Origin: Malacoraja senta
Lineage: Eukaryota
Length of the DNA: 64,000 bases
Direction: 5' to 3'
Assembly: GCA_038087875.1 (NCBI GenBank)
Contig: CM075977.1
Coordinates: forward strand, 111,352,001-111,416,000
Shown here: one piece after another, positions 1 through 13,700 of the stretch
Numbering within the stretch: position 1 is the first letter of the stretch
Layout of the letters: the number at the start of each line of letters is the position of its first letter
Translations under genes and position numbers: made by a program
Notes under the pieces: model-generated
What the model was told of the DNA's origin: nothing
Database searches by the model: none
Seen by the model: the letters and a program-made list of their open reading frames with translations, nothing else

Positions 1-5
1 CTCAG

Positions 6-105
6 TCACACAGAGTTATATGGTTCTGATCCTGTGGACCCCTCTAGGATTGAAAACCGTTTTCCTTTCAGTGATGTGTGTTATCTTCTACCGTGACAAA
101 CTCAG
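6..105 (+). CDS. Gene A transmembrane exon of a Siglec-15-like receptor (VTQSYMVLILWTPLGLKTVFLSVMCVIFYRDKL); Ig exons lie upstream of the window
   Basis: ctcag acceptor and ag|gtatgc donor; 100 nt, phase 1 to 2; clearly paralogous to the TM exons at 26086-26185 and 52071-52170; hydrophobic stretch with central Lys. Confidence 0.85.
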
Positions 106-888
106 GTATGCAATATTGATTTTCTATGCCTGGAATATAAACTCAATGGCCTTTGGGGTGTGATTGAAAAATGTGAGGCTTCCTAGGCCGCGCCAACCAT
201 CGATCATCCATGCACTAGTTCTATCCATGCGGTCACAGGGAGCACGTGGGAAATGCGCACAGACAGCACCCGTGATCAGGATCGAACCCGGCACTGCGCT
301 ACAAGGCAGCATCTCTACAACTGCGTCACCGTGGTACCCCTGTCGCGTTGGCAATACATGGTTCAGGTGCATCATGTACCTACAGATGGAAGAACAGTTT
401 CTTACCCGCTCAGACGCTTTGAGAAACCCCTCAAAAGATAAGAATGTATTCCCGATCCTCCAGTCTACCTTGATAGGGCCCTTGCCCTCTGCCCTTTCTC
501 TGTAAGACTATATTCTGCACGGCTTGGGTCTATGGAATAATTTATCTGGATGACACGCGAAACAAAGTTTTTTTCCTCGTATCTGTGTCAAGGTGACGAT
601 AATAAACCAATACCATACCTTGCTGCAGGTCAGACAATCTTCCTCACTGTCAACACAACGACCAATATACGTGTCCCCTGTTAAGTTAATCACCTGTTTC
701 GCATATTGATGTCCACGTCAAATTTAGTTGTCAAACGCTGACCTTGACAATAACGTCTCCCCCCTGGAGAATTCCGTTCAAATCTCCGTCCTAATCACTT
801 TAAGTGACGGCTTTGAATGGATGTGCCAGAAATGGTCTTGTGGTACAATTACCGTGGCTTGTTTTAATTGGTCTTGTTGTGTCCGCAG

Positions 889-904
889 CCAGCGTGGAGA
901 CTGA
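889..904 (+). CDS. Gene A terminal exon; direct splice from TM gives tail SQRGD*; alternative phase-1 frame stays open to 965 (SVETDPSEEAEQTSVPTAMEPASQ*)
   Basis: ttgttgtgtccgcag acceptor; homologous to 53666, 35991 and 61521 (shared GAGACTG core). Confidence 0.65.
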
Positions 905-1625
905 TCCATCCGAGGAAGCTGAGCAGACCAGTGTTCCGACTGCAATGGAACCTGCCTCGCAATGAAGTCCGCCGTTCCCACCTGCTTTTGCGGTCTGGCT
1001 GATTTTGTCGACCTTTGGTTGTCAATCATATTAATTCTCCGACTCGCTTTTAATCTTTGTGTAATATAATAAAATGCAGTACTAGTTCAAAAAAAAGGTT
1101 TTGTACTCCGAGAGGGTTTGATATCTGGAATATGCTAGTAAACAAAGTGGTGAAAATGAGATACACCAAAATGTACGATAGACGTTTGGACGCATGAACA
1201 GGCTCTTAATTAGGAAATAGTTGGAAGGATAGACAAAGTGCTGCAAATTCTCAGCTCCTTGGAATGGGACCGGGCACGAAGTGTCACGTTTCCATGTCCT
1301 ACAGATTTGCTGCCTGATCCGCTGAGTTACGCAAGTACATCGTGTCTATCTTTGGTATACACCGGCATCAGCAGTTCCCTCTTATTACAAGTTGGAAGGA
1401 TATGGATCTAATTGGGACCAACTGGAATAATGTACATAGTTAAAGATGTTCATATCGACATTATTGTCCGAAGGGCCAATTTCCTCACTGTACAATCCTC
1501 TGACACGTTGACTCCAGAAGCATGTCCAAACCTCCCTGCTGTGGCAACCACTGGATCCTGACCAACTTATTTCTAGTCTGTTCAAGAAGGAACTGCAGAT
1601 GCTGGAAAATCGAAGGTAGAAAACA

Positions 1626-1805
1626 TTGCTGGAGAAACTCAGCAGGTACGGCAGCATCTATGGAGCGAAGGAAATAGGCAACGGTTCGGGCCGAAACCCT
1701 TCTTCAGACTGATCTTCTTCAGTCTGAAGAAGGGTTTCGGCCCGAAACGTTGCCTATTTCCTTCGCTCCATAGATGCTGCCGTACCCGCTGAGTTTCTCC
1801 AGCAA
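1626..1805. repeat. Inverted pair of Penelope-associated terminal repeats (87-bp arms, 6-nt loop)
   Basis: 1626-1712 is the reverse complement of 1719-1805 with 2 mismatches; same repeat family as 14850-14940, 38170-38250 and 42820-42950. Confidence 0.8.
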
Positions 1806-4800
1806 TTTTGTCTAACTTATTTCTAGTCCCTTTCTTCGTAGTGCTCTGCTTATAAATCTCAAATAATGCATTTAGCACGCAAGGAACACAAGCTTATTAT
1901 TAATGCAGTTGGCTTAATTTAAAATATTTACAACCTTCGAAGTAAATTTTAATGGAAGTGCGATAAATCGAAAATGCTAATTAAATTCACTTATGCAATA
2001 CATGGAGAATTTTAATTTTGAATGCAGTATGCTTTATTTCGTATATGTACAAGTCTTTCAATATATTTGAATGGGAGAGCAACATGGAACAACATATAAA
2101 ATGGTTATTAAATTCAGCTATACAAAAATTATTTGATTTGCAATAATTGGAGTTTTTCTATTAATTCAATGACGTTCTGAATTGCTTTCAACATTTCCAA
2201 AGCACCATTCGGCCCATTGGGTCCATGGCCACACCGATCATTTGATTCATCTCCAGTTCTGTTTCTTTGTTACCTGTTATCTTGCACAAATCTCAGTCCA
2301 TTCCCCGCCATTCTCCAGCCAATCACCATAGCGCTTGATCTTAGTTTAGAAATACAGCATGGAAACTCCTTCGGCTCACAGACTCCACGTCCACCAACGA
2401 TCACCCGTCCACACTAGTCCCATGTCATTCCATTTACTCATCCACTCGCTATACACTAGGCGAAATAGACAAGGGACAATTGATTTACAGACCCGCGCGG
2501 TCTTGGGATGTGGTTAGAAACCGGGGCACCCGGAGAAAATCCTCCGGCCACAAGCAGAACAGCAGAGACAGGAGCTCAGTTTGACAAGTTGGTGCCTGCT
2601 ATTAGGGTCATAGAACATGCAAATAGGCCTTTCGGCCCCACTCGTTGATGTTACCCAAGATGACCCACCTAATTTGGACCCATTTGCCTACGTTTGACCC
2701 ATTATCCTTCTAAATCTTTTCTACCCATTGACCCATAAATCTCTCAACGTTTCATATGCTAGTTGTTTGTGTTTCCCAAGCTGAGCAGATACTGTGGGAA
2801 TACGGAACCTTAGTGTTTAAAGGGGCGTGGGATCCGTGCCCGGGTTAAAATAAAGGAACACACAAACCCGGGACACTGTTTCTCAGAGGTATTACGAAAA
2901 TGTGTGTCTTGGTGTGTTCACAAACTTTGACCCACAACTAACAAAGAAAATTCCAATCAAACTCAAATCACTAATCCCGTGTTAATCATATCACCCATGT
3001 GCCTGTCCCAACCAGACCTTATGCTTTAGAGATATAGCGTAGAAACAGGCCCACGACGTCCCCGCCGACCAGTGAACCCGGTATTAACACTATCCTGCAC
3101 ATCGGAGAAAACCCACGCGGTCACAGGGAGAACATACAAACTGCGTACTGACAGCACGCATAGTCAGGATCGAACATGGCACTATAAGGCAGCAACTCCG
3201 CGGTTGCTCCACTGTGCCGCCCCAAACTCTTCTTCAAACTTCTGAAGATGGTGTCCAGTGACATCTCCCCTCTGCCACTGGATCTTTCAGTTTCTGACCC
3301 ATGGACCAAAAGCAGCGAAGATAGGCGACAAAACAACCTCCACAATAACTCTCAACAGAGGTGCCCCGCACGGATGTATTGGCAGTATTCTCTATTCTCC
3401 CTAGAGTCGCGGTTGTGCGGACAAATTCTGCTCTAGATCATTTACCAGTTTGGAGATGACACCATTGTAGTTGGACGATGTCAAAAAATGATGTGATGGT
3501 GTACAGGATGGAGAAAGAGAGCGTAATGTGTCCTGGACCAACCACGCTGATGCTACAGCAAAAAGCTGATATTTTACTTCCTCGAGAGATGAAGGGAGTT
3601 GAGCACGTCCCCAATAACAATCCACGGGGTGGTAGGAGCCTGGGTGGTTTTGCTTGGCGTAATGCTGGAGGCAGATGCAATAGTGGCATTCAGGAGGCTT
3701 TTGGATAGGCAGGTGGATATGCAGGGAATGGAGGGATATGAATTAAAAGCTGGCTGGTTATAGTAGGTCGTGGCATCGTGTGCAGCACAAACCTCTAAAC
3801 CCCATTCTCCTGCCTTCTCCCCATAACCTAAGACACCCGTACTAATTAGAATCTATCAATCTCCGCCTTAAATATATAAATTGACGGCGATCCACAGCCT
3901 TCCCTGGCAACGAATTTTACAGATTCGTCACCCTCTGATTAAAATAAATGCATCCTCATCTACTTTCTAGAGGTACGTGCGTTTATTCTGATGCTCTGGC
4001 ATCTGGTTCTAGGCTCTCCCACCAGTGGAAACATCCCCTCCACATCCACTCTATTCAAGTCTTTCGCTATTCGGTCAGTTTCAATGAAGTACCGCCTCAT
4101 CCTTCTAGAATTCCGTTTCCGATTTACCCGCTGTTTTCAGACTATTGAACGATCCCCCCACATACTAGGGTTTAGTCCCGATCTTACAACCTAGATGAAT
4201 GTGGACATATTATATGGAATTGTGATCCTATAATGCTCTAAAAGTATATTCTGCCCTCTAGTATATTTCTCCCCGCACGACCCATTACATTTATATATGG
4301 CTTCGTTATACTCATGTAGAGTAAGATTTCGTTTGACTGGATAGCACACAAACAAAATACTTTTCACGGTGTCTCGGTAGACATTACAATAAAAAAAAAC
4401 AATATCAACATCTCAATGGCCAGTCTTCCCATTGTTTCTCGACCCCAGTTCTCCTGCCAACCGCCATCAAGTTTCAGCTCAACCAAAGTCCCTTCCATAC
4501 TGTCCGCCATTATACTCTACCACCATACTGTTCACTAGTCACTGCTATTTTTCCCCCACTGCCTAATTAACCAATCACTCCAAAAATGACCCAAAGTCCT
4601 GGAGTAACCCAGCGGCTCACGCAGCATCTCTGGACGACGTGGATAGCTGATATTTCGGGTCGGAAACCTTCATTATTCTGAATCGTCAGCTATCCATGTC
4701 TTCCAGAGATGCTGCCTGACCAGCTGAGTTACTCCAGCACGTTGTGTCTTTTTTTTGTAAAACAGCATCTACAATTCGTTGTGTCAACCAATCATTCGTG

Positions 4801-4834
4801 TTTCAATCCCAGTGTGCCATGAACCAATTATTCT

Positions 4835-5130
4835 TAGTTTAGTTTAGTTTAGAGATACCAGGTGGAAACAGGCCCTTCGCCCCACCGAGTCCGCGCCGAC
4901 CAGAGATCCCCGCACTTTAACAACTTCCCACGCACACTGGGGACAATTTCAAAATGCGCCAAGCCAAATAACCTACAAATATGTACGTCTTTGGAGTGTG
5001 GGAGGAAACCGGACAATACCCACGCAGGTCACAGGGAGCACATACAAACTCCGTACAGACATCACGCGTAGTCAGGATCGAACACGGGTCTCTGGCGTTG
5101 TGCGGCCGTTCCTCTACAGTTGCGCCATCG
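4835..5130 (-). mobile_element. tRNA-derived SINE (HE1-like), representative minus-strand copy
   Basis: Head with A/B-box-like motifs on the minus strand and (ctaaa)n tail; many related copies across the window. Confidence 0.75.
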
Positions 5131-5389
5131 TGCCGCCATTTTTTACTCTTATTTGACTCGCACCGTCCGATTAACCAATCACCCGCCACGTTTGTTGTGT
5201 TTTCAGACCACCATGAGCAGGGTCACCTCACCTCAACCAAAAATTATTCTCTCTGATTTCCAGTTTCCTCCACGGAGCCAACACTTTCTAATTAAGACAC
5301 GAGTTATGGAATTTTCTTTTTTCGGGTTTCTCAGGCTAAGACCACATTGTCTACCAAGTTGGGCTCCACCAGTCCCATCACCATTACAT

Positions 5390-5695
5390 TTGGCGGCAAG
5401 GTGGCGCAGCGGTAGAGTTGCTGCCTTACAGCGCCAGAGACATGGGTTCGATCCCGACTACTCTCGGTGCTGTCTGTGCGAGTTTATACGTCCTCCCCGT
5501 AACCTGCGTGCGTTTTCTCCGGGATCTCGGGTTATCTCCCACACTCCAATGACGTAGAAACTTGTAGGCTAATTGGTTTGGTACAATTGTAAATTGTCAC
5601 TATTAAGTAGTGTGCGGGTTTCGCTGGTCGGCGCGGACACGCTGGATTAAAGGGCCTGTTTCGATTTAATCCGTGTCTCTAAACTAAATTAAACT
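5390..5695 (+). mobile_element. tRNA-derived SINE (HE1-like); further plus-strand copies at ~6795-7030, 14530-14830, 16780-17085, 25675-26015, 35535-35815, 44085-44395, 61955-62215
   Basis: GGTGGCGCAGCGGTAGAG A box, GGTTCGATCC B box, ctaaactaaa tail. Confidence 0.8.
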
Positions 5696-6129
5696 GAGAA
5701 TGATTGGTTCATGGCACACTGGGAGTGAAACCACGAGTAATTGGTGCGGAGATCGTTTGCTCGGTACGGACAGGGTGGGCTGAAGGGCCTGTTCCGGCGC
5801 TCTATCTCTAAACTAAACTAAACTAAACTAAACAGAGACAATAGAGCAGGAGCATCCAATTCCATCCTTCAGTTTTTTCCTCCACTCAACACAGTTCAGA
5901 CTAACTCCAGGATCCTGCTCCCTGTCCTCCCCGTATCAAGCATTCACAGATTCATATATAACATGTCCAAATCCCGACCCCACTCATTGCATTATCTAGG
6001 GATATGGGGGAAAGCAGAAACGGGGTACTGATTTTAGAAGAACAGCTATGATCATATTGAATAGCGGTGGTGGCTCGAACGGCACGACTACTCCTGCACC
6101 TATTTTTCTATGTTTCTGTGTTTCTATTA

Positions 6130-6190
6130 ACCACCACGAGCAGTCTGCTTTATTTTACCCGCCGCAATATGGGAGCGGCTCAATCAGGGG
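6130..6190 (-). pseudogene. Orphan terminal-exon paralog D (minus strand) with upstream intron homology to ~7270
   Basis: gttgtgaccgcag acceptor resembles gene A ttgtgtccgcag; 6130-6240 is homologous to 14300-14390; 6700-6760 reverse complement matches gene A intron 690-750; AATAAA downstream. Confidence 0.5.
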
Positions 6191-7186
6191 CTGCGGTCAC
6201 AACTCCAACCATGATTGTATTGCGCGGGTATTTTAATGATGACGACACGGCCTACACCTTTCCCAGCCACAGGCAAGCGAGCCACGGCCATGTCTGAAGG
6301 ATCAGGTAAATTGGTCTAATCAACCTTCAATTAGCCCGATCCTACAGACATACCCGTTATAATACCTGGAGTCCAGAGGGGAGGTGGAGGTTCTTGATTA
6401 GTAACGGCGGGACGACAATGGCGTTATGGGGAGAAGGTTGGACAGTGTGGATGCGAGGAAAAGGTAGCTCAGCCATGATTAAATGGCGGAGTAGACTTGA
6501 TGGACCGAATTGCCTAATCCTGCTCCTAGAATTTATGAAGGTTACATTAGAGAGGAAATGAGGAAGCTATGAATCTGTGGTGGACGATTCTAGAGCCCCT
6601 TGTTGGTCTCTTGAAATAAAGCCCATCGGGCGATTTCACCTTGCATCTTTCCCTGCCTCTGACCTGCTGCATAAATTGGTGATGTTTGCATAGGTCTAAC
6701 TCGGGGAGGGTAATATGTTGACAGGTGATTGAACCTTAATCGGTACTAACAAAGTCCATAATATACAAAGTTTCCCAAATACCTTTGCTTTGCATGGGCG
6801 GCACGGTGGGACAGTGGGACAGTGGTACACGGCGGTAGACTTTCTGCCTTCCAGCGCCAGAGATCCGGGTTCCCTTTCCTTCCACATCCCAAAGACGTAC
6901 AGGTTTCTAGGTTAATTGAATTCGCTAAAGATTATAAATTGCCACGAGCGTGCAGGGCAGTGTTAATGTATGGGGATCGCTGGTCGGATGGTGGCAGGGC
7001 CTGTTTCTGCGATTTATTTCCAAAACTAAAACTTTTCAAATCGAGTCCTGGTTATGTTGGGCTGGCACCTTCTTGCAGTGTGGAGCCATGGTGGTCTTTC
7101 CCCAATTTCTATTGCAGTTTTCGTGATGAGCAAGAACTGGAACAGGCCCTCATATCTGGGTCTTTCTTTTAAAGGTCTTTACTTAC

Positions 7187-7245
7187 ACATAGTTGATGGG
7201 TTCCAGGCTATGATACTTGCGCTCAGCAGGATCGACCTGTGTTTC
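7187..7245 (-). CDS. Candidate 59-nt cytoplasmic 'middle' exon of paralog D
   Basis: ctctctggtcaag acceptor and gtaagt donor; length converts phase 2 to phase 1; region homologous to TM-downstream introns of B and C. Confidence 0.35.
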
Positions 7246-7772
7246 CTTGACCAGAGAGTGAAAACTAGAATCACCTCAGAAACGGGCCCTTCGGCCCACG
7301 GCGACCACGCCAAACAGCGGGGTCCGACTTCCTTTACAGAGTAGGTAGACATAAAAATGCTGGAGAAACTCCCGAAACGTCGGCAATTCATTATCTCATT
7401 GGATGCTGCCTCACCCGCTGACCTTCTCCAGTACTTTTGGTCTACCTTCGATTTCTCCAGCATCTACATTTCTTTCTTAAATATTCCTTTACAAAGTGAT
7501 TTACCACTGTTATGGCAATTTACACGTGCACCAAGCAAATTTACCTACAAACCTGTCCGTGTGGGAGGAAACCCAAGCACCCGCAGTCGGGGTCGAAACC
7601 GGGCCTCCGGCGCTTCAAGCGCTATAAAAGGCATCAACGCTACCACTGCGCCTCCGTGCAGCCCGTTAGACATCCCTGATGTCTCTTATTTTACTCTGGC
7701 GCGTTAACGTCCAGACCCCGCTTTCGCAAATCCCAGTCTCTTCATCCTCTTTTGAAAAGAGAAAATGATTAA

Positions 7773-10700
7773 ATATTTTTATTTTATTAGAAGTAAGTAC
7801 AATTGTATACAATTATATTTTCATAATACGTTTTATGTACAGCTTCTTATTTAAAAAAAATTGTAATAAAGAAGAAAAAGAGAAAAGTTAGATAATGAAA
7901 AATAGAAAAATGTGAGATATATAGTGTGTGAAAAAGAAAAATAGAGAGTGAAAAAAGAAAGTTGAGATACTAAGCAGAAGAAAGAGAGTAAAAGAAGAAA
8001 AGAGAAGAAAAGAAAATAGAAGTAAGGAGATCATTTATAATCTTGACCATCCCCAGTCACGGATTAGCTTTTACACCTGTGTTGCACCATATGTTTCCAA
8101 AAAGACGACAAATGGAGACCAACTCGTTATGAATTGGTCAAATTTATCTATTAGGAGGAATTGCATTTCCTCAAGATGTGCGGTATCCAACATACTTGCA
8201 ATCCACATTTTGAGCGTTGGTATTGGTGTATTTTTCCAAAATTTCAATATTCATTTTTTTGCTATTATTAAACCATAATTAAAAATTGACTTTTGAGATG
8301 AGCTCAATTTGTTCCCGTCTTCCATTACCCCAAATATAATCAATTCGTTATTGGGTTCCATTTTTGTCTTAAATAATTTTGTAAATATTTCGAAAATATC
8401 ACTCCAAAATCCATGAAGTTTTATACAAGAAACAAAAGAGTGTGTTATAGTTGCGTCTTGGGTTAAACATTTATCGCAAATGGGCGATATATTTGGATAA
8501 AATTTATTTAATCTTATTTTTGAGTAATAAAATCTATGTAAAATTTTAAATTGGATTAGATTATGTCTTGCGTTAATCGAACACTTGTGAATGTATGTCA
8601 AATACATTTCCCATGTAGCCTTCGTAATTTTTATCAATAATTCCCGTTCCCACTCTTCTCTAATTACCTCGGTCACAGGTAAATCTATATTTAAGATACT
8701 ATTATATAAATATGATATTAATTTTTGTGTATCAGCTTTTATATTCATTACTTCTTCTAGTAAATCAGGAGTTATTTTTGATATCCCTGTATGTATGTCT
8801 TCAAAAAATTACAAATCTGAAAATATTTAAAATAATGAGTGTTTTTCAGTTTAAATTTAAATTATAATTGTTGAAATGATAATAAATCTCCCATTTCATA
8901 CATGTCCCCGATCCTTTTAATTCCTAAACTTTCCCATTGATTATATATTTTATCCATCATAGATGGTTTAAATAAAGGATTATTCGCTATCGGTGTTAAC
9001 AATGATAGGTTTCTTAATTTTAAGGATAATTTTATTTGTTTCCATATTCTTATTGTATCCTGTATAATTGGGTTCTTCTTATATATTGTATTGTTCATTG
9101 TTTTCGGGGAGAAGAGGATTGTTCCTGTATTACAAGGATAACAATCCTCTTTCTCCATTTTTATCCATTCTGTCTGTTGAGTTGAACTATCCAACCAGTA
9201 AATTATATTCTTAATATGTATTGCCAAATAGTAATACAAAATATTTGGGAGTGAAAGTCCCCCGACATCTTTTGGTTTACATAAGTGTTCTTTTTTAATT
9301 CTATGTGATTTATAATCCCAAACAAAATTAGTAATATTAGCGTTCAGTTTAGAAAAAAAATATTTTGGTACATATACTGGTATAGACTGAAATAGGTATA
9401 ATAACTGTGGTAGGAAGCTCATTTTAATAGCATTTATTCTGCCTATTAATGATAAAGGGAGTGTTTTCCAAAATTTTATCATTATATTAAGTTTATTTAT
9501 TAAGGGTATAAAATTGGCATTGAATAAAGCTTTATGTTTTCTAGTAATCTGAATACCCAAATATTTGAATTTTTCTGTTGCTATTTTAAAGGGGAATTTC
9601 AATAAGTGTGTAGATTCTTGAGGTTTTAACGTCATGATTTCACTTTTGTTCCAGTTTATTCTATATCCAGAAAAGGACCCAAATTCCTCTATTAAATTTA
9701 ATAAATTTGGTATGCTCGTTTGTGAATTTGTTATATATAACAAAATATCGACTGCATACAATGAAATTTTATTATTTGAGTCCCTAGTATTATAACCCTG
9801 AATATTCGGATAGCTTCTTATACTTTCAGCCAGAGGTTCTATGCAAATAGCAGGGGTGATAAAGCACATCGCTGCCTATTACCCCTTGATAATTGAAATT
9901 TTTTAGATAACATGCTGTTAGTTAATATTCTTGCCATCGGTTTATCATATAATAATTTCACCCATGCAATAAAATTCTCTCCCATATTAAATTTTTGTAA
10001 TACTTTGTATAAATACTGCCATTCTACCTGATCAAATGCTTTCTCTGCGTCCAAAGAAATAATTGCTGTCTTCTTCCTCCACTTTATGTGAGTACATTAT
10101 ATTAAACAGGCGTCTCAAATTATTAAATGAATATATTTTGGGTATAAACCCCGTTTTATCAGGGTTTATCAATTTACTAATATATTTGCTTAGTCTTCTA
10201 ACTAAAGTCTTTGCTAGAATTTTCTGGTCTGTATTTAAAAGTGATATAGCTCTATATGAACCCGGTTCCTCTAGATCTTTATCTTTCTTTGGAATAAGCG
10301 TAATAGTTGATTCTGCTAATGTTTCAGGTAATTTATTTTCTTTAAAAACGTAAGTATATAAATTAAATAGATAGGGGGTCGTTATCTCATGAAACGTTTT
10401 ATAAAATTCATTACTAAAACCATCTGGTCCCGGTGTCTTACCATTTTTCAGCGATTTTATTGTTTCACCTATTTCTTCGATTGTAATTTGTGCTCCTAGT
10501 TCTTCTTGTTCCAAAAGGTCAAGTTTTGGTAGATTACATTTATCTAAAAAGTTAGTAATTTTACTATCTTCTGTTTTGGTTTATGATGTGTATAAATTTT
10601 GATAAAATTCAGCAAATCTTTTATTAATATATTTAGGTAGTGTTAGTAATTCACCATTCTCGGATTTAATTTTATTTATAGTATTTTCCTTTTCCTGTTT

Positions 10701-13700
10701 TTTCAGTTGACGCGCCAACAGCTTATGTGGTTTGTCACCAAACTCAAAATGTTCCTGTTTTGTAATTTGGAATAATCTTATTACTCTTGACGAGAGAATT
10801 CGGTTAAGTTTAAATTTCAGTAGTATTATCTTATTATGTTTATCTATAGTGGGATCTTTAGCATTATCTAACTCTAACTGTCTTATTTCTTGTTCTAACA
10901 GCATCTGTTCTGTTTTATTCTTCTTATTTTGAAAAATGTCATATGAAATTATAATTACTCTAATAAATGCTTTAAAAGTTTCCCATATTAAAGAAGGTGA
11001 GGTACCTGGTGTATCATTTATCTCAAAAAATGATATCATTTGTTGTTTCAAATATTGATAACCCTGTAAGTCATTTAATATATATGTATGAAACCTCAAA
11101 AAAAAATCTTTCCCGGCATTCCTTCAAATTTTACAAAAAAAGTAAACAGAGAGTGATCAGAAATACTACTAATATGGTATGTTGGGTTAATTATATATGG
11201 CATTAATTTCCTATCCACTAAAAAATAATCAATTCTTGAGTATGTTTTATGTACCGAAGAGTAAAACGAGTATTCCCTTCCTGCTGGGTTAGCAGATCTC
11301 CATACATCTGTTATGTTAGTATTTTTTTTATATATGTATTTAGAAATTCACTAGTCTTAGATTTTATATTACTCCTTCTTTGTTTTGCTGATTTGTCTAA
11401 GTATGGATCTAAAACAAAGTTGAAACCCCTCCTATTATAACATTTTGATAATTAAACTCCAGTATTATATCTATAATTTTCTCAAAGAATTGAGGGTTAT
11501 CAAAATTCGGAGCGTAAATATTTACCATAGTTATTGGGGTAGCATAAATTTCTCCCGAAACTATGATATACCTTCCCTCTTTATCTGATATAGTATTCTT
11601 TAATTTGAACGGTATACCTTTTCGAATAAGAATAGCCGTACCTCTAGATTTAGAAGTAAATGACGAATAATATGTTTGGCCTATCCACTTCGCCTTTAAT
11701 CTCATTTGTGTTTCCTGTTTCATGTGAGTTTCTTGCAAGTAAATTATGTCGCTTTTCAAAGATTTTAGGTGAGCAAAAATTTTACCCCTCTTTATTGGTT
11801 CATTGGCACCCCTTATATTCCAACTACAGAATGTGATTCCTCCATTCTTTATTTGTCTATCGTCTTGCATTGTATATCAAAGTAATATTCTCGAATCATA
11901 TGGTGCAAACAAATACCTCCGTGTTCTGGACGTTGGGTGGTCATTCCAAATTTTTAAGTTTACATTACATCTCCTTCTCCAAAAGTGCCTTAGATAAAGC
12001 AAGAAAAGTTGTGATTTACAATTAATTAAACACAAACTAAGTAAATACAAATTTGTATAGTGATTTTTTTTTTAAAGTGAAATTAAGGTATCTAAAAGCA
12101 GGTACCTTAAAGACAAATAGCCACCTAAGGTGGCGAAAGAATTATAGACTTCCCTTGATGTTATTTTACATTGAGCCCCAATCCCTTATAAACACCTCGT
12201 AAAAAAAACTACAAACCGTCTCATATCTTGTTTATTCTTGTTTAACTTTATCAAACTAGCGTTAGTATAAAGCCCCCCCCAAAAAAAAAAAAAAAAAAAC
12301 GCAAAGATAAAATATTAAAAAGTAAAAAAATAATGTAATTAAAAAGAAAAAAAAAACCAAATCCAAATATAAAACACAACCTATTCTCATTTCTATAAGT
12401 ATTTGTACCGTACCAATTTATCTAACCAGCTACCCTACAAGCAGGTACCGAGGGGTTAACCTCATTCCTGGATTTTTTCCAAGTTTATGTTGCGTTCCCA
12501 CCCAAAAAGAAAAAAAAACGTTAGTAATGTTATGGACATTTTGGTTAATTACAATTTATAAGCAATGGTTTATTCATGATTATTCATATTTACTACACAC
12601 ACTCACAAGTCATTAGTTTTGTTAAAGTTAGTTAGTTAATTGTAATTAGCATCGTCCCTGTTCCTTGTACAGTTTCTTCATGTTTATCTTTGAGCTTTTC
12701 ATTCAAGGTTAAACAATGTTCTCAAATACACATTCCAGACAGATAAGCTCAGTAACTGGCTGAAAAATCCACCAGTTCCAGCTCCATCTTAGAAATTAAA
12801 AAGTTCCTTGTTCTTTCTTTTAGTCGTCTTCTTCCGATGTTTCCGATGCTTTCCTCATGATATCTTCTGCATATTTAAACACTTTTTCTAGGTCCGTAAA
12901 TGATCGCTCAATTCCGTTATAAGTAATTTTCATTTTTGCTGGGAAAACAACTCCATATCTGACTTTAGAAATACCCCTCAATATGTTTCTTGTCGGTGTA
13001 AACAAGTTCATTCTCTGGACAATCTCTGGAGGATAATCACGGAACAATCGGATGTTTTCCCCACGATATATCAAATTTTCACCATGAACAATCTTCTTCA
13101 GTATAGATTCCACTGAAGAAATATCAAGAAATTTCACAATTATCTGTCTTGGAGCAGCATTTATGCCTCTTGAGACACGTCCAACTCGTTGAACAGTATC
13201 TATTCTTAGTTCTTCCGGCAGTTTAAAAACCTCTTTGAGTAATTCAGTAACGAAAGTACGTGTTTGAGATACATGTTCTTCTCGTCCTTCTCTTACTCCA
13301 ACGATTCTCAAATTCTGCCTTCTCGCTCTCGCTTCCAAGTCCAAACATGTGTCAGTCATTCTTGCCAGCTTTTCTGCTTCATCTTTCTTTGATTTTTTCA
13401 GACTGTTTACTTCCATGATCATCTTTCATATTACTTTCCATCTCTTCCATTCTCTCGTCAATGTTGTCCATCTTAGCATTTACACCAACAAATTTCTTAT
13501 TATAGTCCTTTTCAATTCTAACAATTTCTGAGTTAAGTTTTTTATCACTCATTATGTTGCTTCTTCAGCTCCTTTAACTCATCACAGGCACCATCAATTT
13601 TATGAGAGAATATTTCCATATTATTCTCCATACTCTTAATTGTAGTAGTAATTTCTACAAACATTTCCTTTACCTCCAGTTCTTTCTTTCCTCCTTTTGT

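Noticed and set aside
2757-2943. Possible short solo LTR (TG...CA, AATAAA)
   Set aside because: No target-site duplication and no second copy in the window
5396-5460. tRNA-like A/B boxes
   Set aside because: SINE heads, not tRNA genes; no cloverleaf, and followed by SINE body and tail
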